The notes under the pieces are model-generated. The model searched no databases and was not told the origin of the DNA. It was given only the letters and a program-made list of their open reading frames with translations. The translations under genes and the position numbers were made by a program. A DNA stretch of 63,533 bases, counting the filler, from Sphacelaria rigidula (taxonomy: Eukaryota): the NCBI GenBank assembly GCA_964200075.2. It is 8 parts of 8 records of this genome, joined end to end, with 100 filler letters (N's around TTAATTAATTAA, not from the genome) between each part and the next. Parts side by side here need not be neighbours in the genome. Positions count along the whole stretch, not along the records: positions 47,728 to 55,580 come from CAXNAA020013221.1; positions 55,681 to 63,533 come from CAXNAA020013222.1; 6 more parts are not named here. One strand, 5' to 3'. Shown here in pieces: positions 52,135 to 63,533 of the stretch (its first letter is position 1; every line of letters starts with the position of its first letter).

Positions 52135-54624
52135 TGTCATGAGTAGCATGTTAGCCTGTTGGCATGCCGCCTCAGACCCGTCGATGAGTCCGGTTCATAT
52201 GTCACCCCAGGCTATTTCAAGACTGCAGGTCTGTTTAGAGTTGGCCAGATACGAGTGTAAACTTGTATATAGCAGGGATAGTAATGTGAACGGTAGCCCT
52301 TACTATGGGGCGACATCCCATCCCAAGCAACGAATTCTAACATCACGGTGAGACTGACTGATTGAGCGTGAGAGATTGGATACGAAGGAGAGGTAAAGGT
52401 CGAGGAATCATAAAGAGAAATGATATTCCTACGCGTGGCATTCTAATACCTTGGACACATAAATACGAGGGCGGTGCCTAACGTTGAGTACGCTGGTAGG
52501 TGCTTTTGCCTCCGGCTCGGTTCTCCAGTGTATTGTCTGGCTCCCTAGGCCTTGCCTAGTGAGGCGTGCCTACCGTACAACACCATTACATTGGCGTCGA
52601 TGGTAGGACATACCAGAGCTCCAGTAGTCGTAGATGGTAGGTGGCTCCCAATAGTCTCCGATCGTCGTCCGATGTAGGTGGTCCTGGTGTGGATGTCGTA
52701 GAGTCGGGTCCTAGAGAAGGAGAGAGGGCAAAAATACTAAAGAAGGAAAGAAACGTTGCAGTGAAGGAGCGTAGTTCACAGCGGTGCGTGGACGTCGTGG
52801 GTGTGGTCGATATCGCGGTGGATACCGCGGCGAAATCCTTTGGACTTCAGTCGCTGAAGACACTGAGCTCCACGTGGTGCAGATGGGATGGTGGTGTATA
52901 GTAGTGCTGGCCGGATCTGGAGCTGTATGGTTCCAGGGTCATCGATGAAGCGCACGATGTGTGTGTCGGCAGAAACCAGGTTAGCGATGTGAGTCTGACC
53001 CAACCACCAGAGGTTGTCGCTGCCTTCGAACCAAAGGTAGCTGCCCGTGGATAGTATTCGCTGATTTGCGAAGAACTGCGCCTTAGAAGTCATGGAGGGT
53101 ACAAGTTCGTAGCCACCGAGGACAAAGCGTAGTCCTTGATCGCGGTAAAGTTTGCGGGCTGCTGCACCGCGACGCATGTTGCGGTATTCCTTGTTGTGAG
53201 CAAGATGCTGACGTTGGGATTGCGTCCAGTACAGCGGAATTGCACGGCGGTGCAATTGAAGGTCGGATTCGCGTTCCCAAACCAGCGAATACTATCCACG
53301 GGCAGCTACCTTTGGTTCGAAGGCAGCGACAACCTCTGGTGGTTGGGTCAGACCCACTCCGCTAATCTGGTTTCTACCGACACACACATCGTGCGCTTCA
53401 TCGATGACCCTGGAACCATACAGCTCAAGATCCGGCCAGCACTACTATACACCACCATCCCATCTGCACCACGTGGAGCTCAGTGTCTTCAGCGACTGAA
53501 GTCCAAAGGATTTCGCCGCGGTATCCACCGCAATATCGACCACACCCACGACGTCCACGCACCGCTGTGAACTACGCTCCTTCACTGCAACGTTTCTTTC
53601 CTTCTTTAGTATTTTTGCCCTCTCTCCTTCGCTAGGACTCAACTCTACGACATCCACACCAGGACCACCTACATCGGACGACGATCGGAGACTATTGGGA
53701 GCCACCTACCATCTACGACTACTGGAGCTCCAGTATCCCCTATCGTTGCATCACCGATTTTCAGATTTTATTTCCCTTGCTTCCGATCAACATGCGTTGG
53801 TCGCATACTGATCTTGCCGTGTTCTCCTTGGAATCCTCCAGGTAGAAGTTCTGCTCCCCGTTGCACCTCTCTGGTTTCCCCCTTTGTTTTGCTAAGACGC
53901 CGAAGCAATTTGTGCTTCTTCGTTGATCGCTAGCACGAAGAAGCAGTTTGTGCTCCCGCGTTTCAAAGCCGTTGTTCTGCTCCTCGAAGCAGTATATGCT
54001 TCCCTTATATTTTGACGTGTGGGAGGGGATCCGGGAGTGTTTCCTCAGGTATGCCTTAGTAGCCGCACATGACTTTGCGAGGAGAGAAAAACCTCAGTGT
54101 TCGAAGCTTTTAAGAATAAGTCCTCGCAGCTGTAATAAAGGCTCGTCTGCGTGGGTTAGTGTCATTAGTAGCATGTTAGCCTGTTGGCATGCCGCCTCAG
54201 ACCCGTCGATGAGTCCGGTTCATATGTCACCCCAGGCTATTTCAAGACTGCAGGTCTGTTTAGAGTTGGCCAGATACGAGTGTAAACTTGTATATAGCAG
54301 GGATAGTAATGTGAACGGTAGCCCTTACTATGGGGCGACATCCCATCCCAAGCAACGAAGTCTAACATCACGGTGAGACTGACTGATTGAGCGTGAGAGA
54401 TTGGATACGAAGGAGAGGTAAAGATCGAGGAATCATAAAGAGAAATGATATTCCTACGCGTGACACTCTGATACCTTGGACACATAAATACGAGGGCGGT
54501 GCCCAACGTTGAGTACGCTGGTAGGTGCTTTTGCCTCCGGCTCGGTTCTCCAGTGTATTGTCTGGCCCCCTAGACCTTGCCTAGTGAGGCGTGCCCACCG
54601 TACACCAGGCACAAGGCCATTACA
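52135..54624 (+). mobile_element. Complete non-autonomous LTR retroelement (2490 bp) with an internal inverted duplication
   Basis: 5' LTR 52135-52590 and 3' LTR 54160-54624 both run TGTCAT...ATTACA and differ by about a dozen substitutions plus one 9-bp indel. CCTC TSD at 52131-52134 and 54625-54628. PBS TGGCGTCGATGGTAGGA at 52592-52608. Confidence 0.9.
52616..53730. repeat. Near-perfect inverted repeat (arms 52616-53072 and 53274-53730, ~200-bp loop) of a probable pol 3'-end coding segment
   Basis: The arms differ at about a dozen positions. Both encode 'QRILSTGSYLWFEGSDNLWWLGQTH..NLVS.DTHIVRFIDDPGTIQL.IRPALLYTT' on opposite strands (ORFs 52776-53255 - and 53136-53570 +). Confidence 0.95.
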
Positions 54625-54933
54625 CCTCTGTTCTGTCCTCCATTTTCCCATACTACAGGCACAATCAAAACGAGGTTCCCGATTAATTTACTTTTGAATA
54701 TACCGGGAAACACGAGCTTGAGAATGCTTTGCTTCAAGTGTCTCTTGGCGCAAAAGCATGTTTTGGGTAAAATATTTCATCAGCACGACATACGCGCGGT
54801 CAAGTACGCGGTGTCTGGCGCCTGCGCGATTCATCACGTGCAAGGGACTCCAAGCCTACATATTACAGCCGTTTACATCGCACACGGAGTCAGAGTGGAA
54901 GAACTTCAGAGTGAGATGTTTCTAAACTTCGGG

Positions 54934-55137
54934 GTCGACGCTGAAAAGTTCATAAGGCTGTGTCTACTCGAGACAAGAAAAACGAGCACGAAAAGGAACA
55001 AGCATCCGAAAGCGGCATGTTGATTAGTCGTCGCCACCATAGACCCGCCCGGCTGTCGATGAACTTGCTGCTTTGGACGCTTGTTCCTCTTCGTGCTGTT
55101 TTTTTGTCTCGATAAGACACGGCCTAACGGACGTCGA
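54934..55137. repeat. Short imperfect hairpin (~200 nt)
   Basis: AGGCTGTGTCTACTCGAGACAAGAAAAACGAGCACGAAAAGGAACAAGCATCCGAAAGCGGCA pairs with TGCTGCTTTGGACGCTTGTTCCTCTTCGTGCTGTTTTTTTGTCTCGATAAGACACGGCCT. Confidence 0.85.
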
Positions 55138-55680
55138 TGTGACGTGGCTTGACGTGGATGATTCTACTCGCAATAATTGGCCGCAGGTTGTTCAACCATG
55201 TACGATCGACCATCATCCAGTTCGAAAATGCATACAGTAGTGGGCGGTTTAACTATCCATTTTGTGGCATTTTGTGAAATTTTCGTAACTGGTGATTCTC
55301 TTGGGCTCTTTTCGCTCGCTACCGCCAATCACATTAACGATGAAAATTTTTGTATCCGCTCCACATTCGAAGAAAATAATCACATGTAATCAATTTTGAG
55401 TGACTTACGGGCTGACCGGTCACGGGCGGTCCTGCCACGTTTGAGCCTAGATTCTTACTCTTCGGTATTTTCGGCCCTCTAGCCTATAACAGCCGATTTT
55501 ATATTTTGGGGTTCATACCAAATATGGGGCTGAAGTGGCATATCGGTCTTGCATGGAAGACCCGAAACACTAGCGACCTANNNNNNNNNNNNNNNNNNNN
55601 NNNNNNNNNNNNNNNNNNNNNNNNTTAATTAATTAANNNNNNNNNNNNNNNNNNNNNNNNNNNNNNNNNNNNNNNNNNNN

Positions 55681-55835
55681 GGGGGGGCGTACTCATTTGT
55701 TGCTTGCCTTAGTCATTTGACCATTGACCACGCATCCCTTTCGAGACGGAGCGTCCGGGGGGGGCGGGGCGTTCTCATTCGTTGCTTTCCTTAGTCGTGT
55801 GACTATTGACCACGCATCTCTTTCGAGATGGAGCA
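55681..55835 (+). repeat. Two tandem copies of the dispersed ~80-bp repeat
   Basis: GGGGCGTWCTCATTYGTTGCTTKCCTTAGTC...ATTGACCACGCATCYCTTTCGAGAYGGAGC occurs twice. Confidence 0.85.
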
Positions 55836-55981
55836 TCGGAGGGGGAAGTCAGGTAGCAAGCGGGAATACCGAACTAGTTGGTTCTCTCAACAGAAATTGT
55901 GATATTGGGTTCTCCTGTCTATTCGCTTTTATCATCACACGATACTGTCGTTTCTCGACTGTTGTTGTCCAACTTGGCCAG

Positions 55982-58900
55982 CGGCCGCGACTATCGCAGC
56001 TCGAGAACAGGAGAGTGCGAGAGCTAGCGACGAATTACGATCTTCTGCACCACCGACCACCAACTTGGCCTCTGAAAAGTACATGCAAACGTATATCATC
56101 ATGAAGCCTACTGGAACCGAGACCTTTGGGAACAGTAATGCGTATCGGGATGTCCTTTTCAGGTATGATCACCGCTGTCCACCGCCCACCGTGCGTGCAC
56201 TCAAAGTCGGTTGGAGAGCACTACGACGCCGTGCGCTGAATGTATAGTAATACGACCGTAGTTGCTATTATGGCTTACCAGCAACCATTGTCCACCGAGA
56301 GTATCGTCGTGGACGAAGAGAGCCTAGCCATAGATACGTGAACCAATGACATACGTGAACACGTGTGGCAATGACACGACATGACGGACCCAAACACATG
56401 GGTTCTGCACGACGGCAGAAACGTTCGAAGATGTGTTCTTCCCCTACTAAGATTGTCGGGACCGAAATGGACAATGGATGTGGCCGTTGGCGAATTCATT
56501 ACTGGATCAGGTTTGGAAGTTGGTGCTATAGCGGAACTGTGCAGCTTACCCCCACCCTGGCCCTGGCGGACATTCCTCACGTCATCCCCGCGCTACGGAT
56601 GCAGCAGAGCAAGCTTGACTTCATGTGTGACGTCGCAAAGGTGATACTTGGGGTTGGTCCGTCGGGCATGTTGTGGTGTTTTCCTACTCGGTCACGAAGT
56701 TACAAGAGGAGTTTGCGATTGACAAGCAGGTCCACATGTCACAGGGAGTGCGTCGGGAGTTAGCATGCATTTTGTGCTGATCTATTACGAAACACGAGGT
56801 GTACGCTAATGTCAACAGTAAGCGTGGGCCTTCTGTCGCGCGCGAACACGTGGTGTCTTTTCGTTTCTCTTTTTTGCGATAATTTTAGCTCTTTCCTTCC
56901 CCTTCTTGGGGACTAGTGAGCAGTCGTAAGGCCTAAATCCGTCCCTCCTCCGATACGGGCTTGACGCGTTCACACTTTTGTGATGCGGATTGGAGCACCA
57001 CTAGAGCACAGCGTCTATTTTTCCCACATTTTCCTTGCTGCAGACGCCCACATGTTTTCCGGACAGAATTGTCTCTCTGTGCCTTGCTTGTGTTGACTTT
57101 TTTATCACCTTTTTTGTCACGACTTAGTCTGCTATGTCGTTCTGTTCGACCCCTTTTTTTTCTCTTATTTTTCTGCTCCTTCTTTTTCTCAGGGCGTGTT
57201 TCAGTTTCGCTTTTGTTGGGTACGTCTGTCATGAGACCACGGCTGGACCGCTAGGGGGTCAGTTAAAGTGCGACAGTCAACTAATCAATCAATCAAAAAA
57301 GTTATATACTCGTGACAAGAAAACGTAAATAACCGTATCTACTGGCAATCGAACCCAGTACTCCGCCGGTGTGAAGTTGTGGGACCATCGAGACGCGGTG
57401 ACGTTTGCTTTATTTAGGGGTACCATCGTTAGGCAGGCCACTCGTGGTAACGTAGTAAAACATCCTGCCGTAATGCGCCTGTGCTCACTGCGTGCACGTC
57501 TGCAGTAATAGGGAGCTGAGTCGTGAATTCATCTTTGTCCAGCCTTTCACACCGGCCACCATCAGCGGTACTGCTAGGTTGAAGTCTAAACTCTCCTGAA
57601 TTCTCCTCTGCGATCGGTAGAACTGCAACAACCTTGAACAGATATTGTCTCCCTTTCCATATTTCGCGTTGATAACGTCATGGTCCGAATGCTTCATGGC
57701 GCGATGTTGCCGTTTTGATCAGGCCCCACTCCGGCGCTTTCCTATATTCAATAACTGTAGTGACTGTATATGGGCTACAATGATTCTATGGGTATCACGT
57801 GCAGAGACCCCTGTACCACTCCGCTCTCCTTGCTCTCTCGATGTTGATTTTCCAGGGCATATGTGCTGTACATTAGTACAACACGTCCGACATTGGATTG
57901 CACCGGTTCCCTCACCCTGTCTTATCCCCGCCCAAAACTCTGTTGCCGAACCCTTTGCTTTTCGACTGATGTGCTTGTGTGTCTTGTCATAATGTAAAGA
58001 TCCCGTCGAAGTCTCCATTTGCGGGTCCGCTTTCACATATCCAGCGGATCATGCCTCTCATGGAAGAGCAAGTGGCGGCCTCCGAGGAAGTCCTGACGGA
58101 GCTGTTAGACAAACTTTCCGACATGGTGAGACAAAAAAGAGCGGAGAAGATAGCGGGAGAGATGTTCTGGGGACAACTCTGAATATGGTATGGTGTAATC
58201 TAGTTTATGCTGTTGATGGCAATAGAACGAATGACTGAGACGAGAATGGCTTATCTGAGAACAGCACTCTTCTAGCATGATACTAAGCGGAACCCTACCC
58301 AATATATTCAGCGACGGGGGAGGGGGGAGTTGGCGGGGTCACGCTTACCCCCTTGCCGCGTCCATACTGTACCTGTTTATTACTTCGGCGTGTCCTCCGG
58401 AAGGGAGTCTATCCTCGCTGTCGACGATTCTCGGGCGCGTGCGTACGTCATTTCCCCGTGTCGTTTTGATCAAGCAGAGTGCACGTTGCCATCATGTTCC
58501 TACTTGTGTGTACGACAGGGCCTGGAGGACAGCGTGTCTAGCTGGTTCGACGGCGACAGCATGCAAAGCTTCTTCGAATTCCAGGTGCACTCGATCTCCG
58601 TATTGCAGATGGTCATAAGCAAGAAACCTGGAGGTCAACTTCAAGATTGCCCCCACTTGGGCGCACGTCTTCCCCTGAGCGGAATCTGGCATTGATGTCA
58701 CTGCAAGGATTTGAGAAGTAGATTATCACTGTGTTAGACTCTTCACCATTTTCATCTCAATCCTATACCATCGGCTGGTTTCCTTCGCGAGTCCACCATC
58801 GGCTAACGAGGAGTGTAAGACATCTAGATGACGACCACGGTTTGGGCACACAGAAATCGTGAAACGTGGCATGACACCCGTCAAAATATGATACTGTAAA

Positions 58901-61900
58901 ACTTCACGAAATTCATGTAAGGGATAGGGTGGAAGATGACATGGGTGTTTTTGTCCGTGTTGCGTCAGACGACACAAACACGCGACACAGCGGACATGTT
59001 CAGCGGGGTGGACCTGGTGGCTTGTAAAGCGTACTCGGCACAGGGAGTGGTGACCATCGGCATGTGGTATGACGGCATCTACTACGTTGTCCTGGGCGAA
59101 GGCGGAGAGGATCACCCTTTGCTGGACTCTAGGTAAATGATTCTGAATGGTGTTTGGTACATGTTGGTAGATACATGAACGCCAAAACACCTTCTGGTGT
59201 AATTCGTGAGTATTCCTGCGTGTTTTGTGTGTTCTACGAGAGCGTGATCCATGACCATGTGATCATCTGCAACCTCCACACGTGACAAGCACAAGCACCA
59301 GTAGCATGCACAAGCACCAGTAACATGCACGAGCTCAGGCACAAGCACCGGTGACAAGCATAAGCACAAGCAGCAGTAAAAGTAAGAGCACTGCCGTCTC
59401 CAGGGGCACGACACTGTAGACGCATCCCACCAGCCGCGATCTCTTAGCCGTGGTGCGCTGTGATGTTTACTCTAGAGAGACGCCTCGAAAGCGAATGTCC
59501 ACACATATCTTCTCCTAGTCTCACGAACAATGTTCTCTGATGCGGAGACCAGGGTTTGTGTTGCGGGATCTGGGTCTGGTAGGTGCACTATCCAACAAAA
59601 CATATCCAAGACGTTCATGGTTCGGACGAATCATCGCCGGTTCGAATCATCACACCCACGATAATTCAGTCCTGATTGATCGGGAAAAAAAAGAAAGTAG
59701 ACCGCTGGTCAAAAAGATCTCCACGCAATTCTTGCGCCATTCTACATGCCTGGGCTGCGCGTATCTGGGTTGCAACGCTGAAAATAAAGCTTGAGGATTG
59801 ATTCGTACGGTACACATCAATTACACTAAAATCAAGCAGTTTCCAGAAGAATCATTAATTCGTACGACCCTTAAAAATATTTGAGGTAATCGCATTAGCC
59901 GCGACCTGCTATGAGAGGGCGATAATATATCTCCTGGACAAAATTACGCTATTTTTTGTTGCTGTCAAATTCACGGCATTACAGATTTCCGAATGTGTCT
60001 GCGAAAGGAAGAGGATACCAAATCCGTGCGATGACAGAGGGGCCGGACGAGTGGCAAGAGCTGAGAAAAGTGTCCGTTTGGCAGACTGCGGCGGCGCTAC
60101 AGGAGGAGATGGAAACCAAGCTGACACAGGTGCTGTAGAGGTCCAATTTGTCAACAAAAACTGATGTGTACGTGATTATTTCTATGTTTCCTCATCGTCA
60201 AAATGCAGCTTTTTTGTAACGAAAAGAGTTGAAATCACTTCGTATGAAAACGTAGTTCCTCTCCTGCTGCCACGCAAGCCATGGCGAATGGGTATCAAAG
60301 TACTGGAATCCAGTGCAATGAGTTTTTCGACGCTGAGCGTATCGCAGTCACAGAGCATGATAGCGGGAGACTGGAAACGGGTGCCGCCTTAACCTCTATT
60401 GTAATACCCTACACCATCAAGAGATGTGACGGTGGTGTTCAGCACAACGCTCATGGCGATGTGTTGATTCAGTTAAGCATGGCGCTATGTGGGTTTTGCA
60501 GTTTCCCTGAGAAGTCGACAGGGTTGTACCCCATCACCTAGCGAGCCGCGAATACATCTCGGCGAGTACGACTGCCACCATTGCGATAACCCGCGCACCG
60601 CCTATCCACCCTCGTAAACGATGCCGAATTGCAGGCAGGGGAGAAAGAGACCCCTAGCGGGGATGCTGGTGAGAGAGAGGATGATATTGACACCAACCAC
60701 TCGGGAAAGGCCGTCCCGTCAGAGCTAGCCAAAGCCGAGGCCGAGTGCCCTGCTACGTTAGCATCTAGACCTACCGGCATTGGGAGTGCTGGAGGTGAAC
60801 GAGCTTCCATCTCCAGCGGAAGCGGGGGGGGTATTGCTGGAGGTATGCTCCACGATAGAAGATCGTTTGGATACACGTGGTGAAGGATAGTGGGCGGTCA
60901 ACATGCATCGTAGCTCCGAATGAGTGGAACTAGGTCAACTTGGACTTCTGACATTTCATACGTTAGGTGAATTATGTGAAAAGATTCGTCGCTTATTGTG
61001 CCGACGTGTAGAGTGTAGAAAGGACGGACAAATATGAGTGATGTAGGAACGACCATACCATGTTGATCGCGCCATGTCCCTCCAGTGGGACCAAGCTAGT
61101 ACCACCCGCGAAGGGGGAAACCGCATGGGAAATCCCGCAGCAACCTCTACTTCGAGCTCCTCAGCCACATACTGTGGATAATGTACCTTACAATCTGCAT
61201 ACGAGTCGCTGCCGAGGCCATCATTTTTTGTCGCATGATGAAACCGCGAAAGAGGCTTGACCTGGGTGTAGCCGTGTATCTCATATTTTGGCTCCGTCGC
61301 TGACGTGAAGGTATGCAGGGGTGGTCAACTTAAATGTTACTCCCGTCCCGGAGTCTCACCATGTCGCAAGATGTAAGTACCGGTCGGTCAACGGCCTGAT
61401 AAGATAAACAACTTCGCCTTGTACTCCACCGTATTCCCACTTCCTCCTGCCGCCTTCGGGATCGCTCATTCCGTCCATTTTGTAATCGGTCCAAAGCCTT
61501 GGCAGTTCTAGGAGCAGGAAACAGCGCCGACGCTCAGCCGAAAGATTCGGGGGGCGGCGACCCGGCCTGCGGTGAAATGGGAAGTAGAGCAGCGGAGGGA
61601 GCGACGGCCGCAGGAGGAAGATGGGGAGACGGGGAAGATTCGACAGAAAGGGACAGGGACAAAGGCAACGCGCGAAAAGGTGAATCGTTGACACGGTCGG
61701 TGGTATTTGGCAAGGACGTGCATCAATGCGTACTGCATTGCTGGGCAGAAAACGAACAATATTTGAAGGTCAGGTTGGCGTGGCCAGGAGATAGTTATGT
61801 TTTCTTTTGTCTGTCGTAGTTAATTAGTTAGTTCTTGATCTCCGCAGGGAAAGTAAATACTGCTTTTCCAACAACTCTGGCCATCTAGACGATATACTGT

Positions 61901-62855
61901 GCTGTTTTTTTGTGGATGACTTTACTGCTCAGGTAACGTCATGCTGTCGCTTATCCACGTGTCTGTTTCTTGCAACCTGCGGGGCGATGGGAAAATTGTG
62001 CTCACTATTAATATCACTCAAGTGTAGTCGCGGATTGAAAGGATAAGAGATGTACTCTACTATTTACTGATGGTCTCTGGTCGAAAAAAGATAGCTCAAG
62101 TTTTGAACGATGATCCAAAACTGCGCTCTCACACGCTAACCATAACCTAAGTATGCGACAATATTCGAAGGACTTACTGAAGGAGGGAGCAAGTACGGAG
62201 CAGATGCAGAAGCTGGCCCCACAGCTGGAGCAAAGGTCACTGTTTCTTCTCCCAAGAGTCCGGAACGTCATGCTGCCGCAAAAGCACTCACCAACACCAA
62301 GGTATCGCGTGTTACTCCACAGCAAGTGTTTTGTTCAATGCATGATTTTCCAAACCATTCACGATATGACGCAATGGACATTGACAGTTAGCATGGCCAT
62401 TCAGGCATGAGATTGCGCGAACCATGGCGCCGGCACACCCGGAATCGCTCACCTCGCGAAAATCCATTTCATGCCTGTGGTATACGGTACTGGTGCTGCG
62501 TACATATATGGAGCCTCGTGGTAGATATCGCTTCGATATGTAGCATGTCAACCTTGTTTCATTTCGTGCTGCCCTCTCCTCCTCCTCCCCTGAAACGGAA
62601 CAAGATTTGGCAAACAATGACACTGATAGCTGTACGAGTACATTCGGACTTTGTGCCCCGAAACCGTGTACCTCCATCCTGCTGTGCCCGGTATAGGTCG
62701 CCCTTCCGCATCATTTGGCGCCCATGGCTGGCTTGGAAGATAAGCTGCGCAAGATGCGAATTGATATGGAAAACGAGAGGGGGGAGGGGGAAGCTCCTTG
62801 GGATGCTTTTGGTCGCCCACGGACGGCGCTTGGTGGGGCCAAGGCCCATAAATAG
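55982..62855 (+). CDS. Uncharacterised protein, 3' ten exons: 55982(or 56011)-56162, 56511-56640, 58045-58125, 58519-58584, 58969-59132, 59985-60129, 60635-60842, 61506-61768, 62152-62301, 62697-62855
   Basis: Nine consecutive GT-AG introns, all phase-compatible, give one stop-free frame: ...KYMQTYIIMKPTG...YRDVLFR|FGSWCYSGTVQL...CDVAK|RIMPLMEE...LSDM|GLEDSVSSWFDG...FEFQ|TTQ...IGMWYDGIYYVVLGE...LLDSR|FPNVSAKGRGYQIRA...KLTQ|low-complexity region|...ENEQYLK|YATIFEG...TNTK|VALPHHLAP...KAHK*. The 5' end is beyond the contig start. Confidence 0.8.
56822..57296 (+). mobile_element. Intronic non-LTR retroelement 3' end with (ATCA)n tail
   Basis: Pyrimidine-rich 3' region ending CATGAGACCACGGCTGGACCGCTAGGGGGTCAGTTAAAGTGCGACAGTCAACTAATCAATCAATCA, shared with 14586-14700 and 48860-48912. 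Confidence 0.72.
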
Positions 62856-63457
62856 TGGAGCCTGGAACAATTGATCTCGAGCAGAGGAGCGGTTTGTGTG
62901 GGAAAAGGATGATGTGCGTTGGCGTCGAAGTGTTTCATGTAGTTCCCCGTTCGTTTTCGCTTGCTTTCGTGGTTTACATCACCAGGTTCCAGAGGGAATG
63001 CAATTCAAGAACTGAGGTCAGTTGGTGGTGGGAAAGATGAGACTACACGTGAGCACATGAATTCGTTGCATAGTGTCTTGATTGTTTTAGTACGATTTTT
63101 TTCGACTTAGTTGTTGAAGGGAAGCGCGTAGTGCACGTGATGTGGGTGCGTGCAGGCAAAGTACGATGATGCAGGACCGGAGAGCACGCGCGAGCCATCG
63201 GAATAATGACGGTGTGGTTGGAACATGGATTTGGTGCCATATACCATATATATATACATATAATGTCGTGAGTACATGTACGCCGTTTTCTGGAGCTTGT
63301 CGCTCACCCAGTAAGGTCGATATCGCACATACTATGAAGACGTTCTCGAAGTACGCTGTGGTCATTTAAATGCCCGCGCACCTGCTTCGCCACCCCCGAC
63401 GAAACATGCGAGTCTCGGCGTATTCCCGAGTGCGCTCCCCGTTTGGTGTGATACACA

Positions 63458-63458
<1 letters not shown>

Positions 63459-63497
<39 letters not shown>
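63459..63497. repeat. (TTG)n microsatellite
   Basis: About 13 TTG units. Confidence 0.95.
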
Positions 63498-63498
<1 letters not shown>

Positions 63499-63533
63499 CT
63501 TCACATTAAGAACTGTCCCGATATCTGCGCGGT

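Noticed and set aside
35929-62855. A single 27-kb gene chaining exons 35929, 37902, 47979 and 55982 onward (phases happen to be compatible)
   Set aside because: The chain crosses artificial linkers between size-sorted, unlinked contigs, so the phase match can be chance.
154-63504. Most ORF-track entries as genes
   Set aside because: They are short ORFs with alternative starts in intronic or TE DNA, often antisense shadows or mirrored by inverted repeats.

Overview
Eukaryotic, intron-rich and transposon-rich genomic DNA, most likely from a brown alga or related stramenopile (inferred from repeat and TE protein types and exon-intron style; not database-checked). The window is not one locus. 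Seven identical 100-nt spacers (44N-TTAATTAATTAA-44N) separate eight segments of 7856, 7855, 7854, 7854, 7854, 7854, 7853 and 7853 bp, which indicates size-sorted, unrelated contigs joined end to end. Host genes seen are the 3' four exons of a LENG8/THP3 (SAC3-GANP) gene (16341-21396) and a 10-exon uncharacterised gene (55982-62855), plus a few orphan exon candidates. The rest is mostly decayed mobile DNA: an intron-containing MULE transposase pseudogene, a spliced Cys/His-rich pseudogene, two Ty3/Gypsy pol relics, RTE-type LINE fragments, a tRNA-derived SINE family, MITEs and many long foldback hairpins. The most striking structure is a complete 2.49-kb non-autonomous LTR element (52135-54624; CCTC TSD, TG...CA LTRs, PBS). 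Its interior is a ~457-bp near-perfect inverted duplication of a probable pol 3' end, making it a candidate hairpin-RNA ('killer'-type) silencer of its own family.
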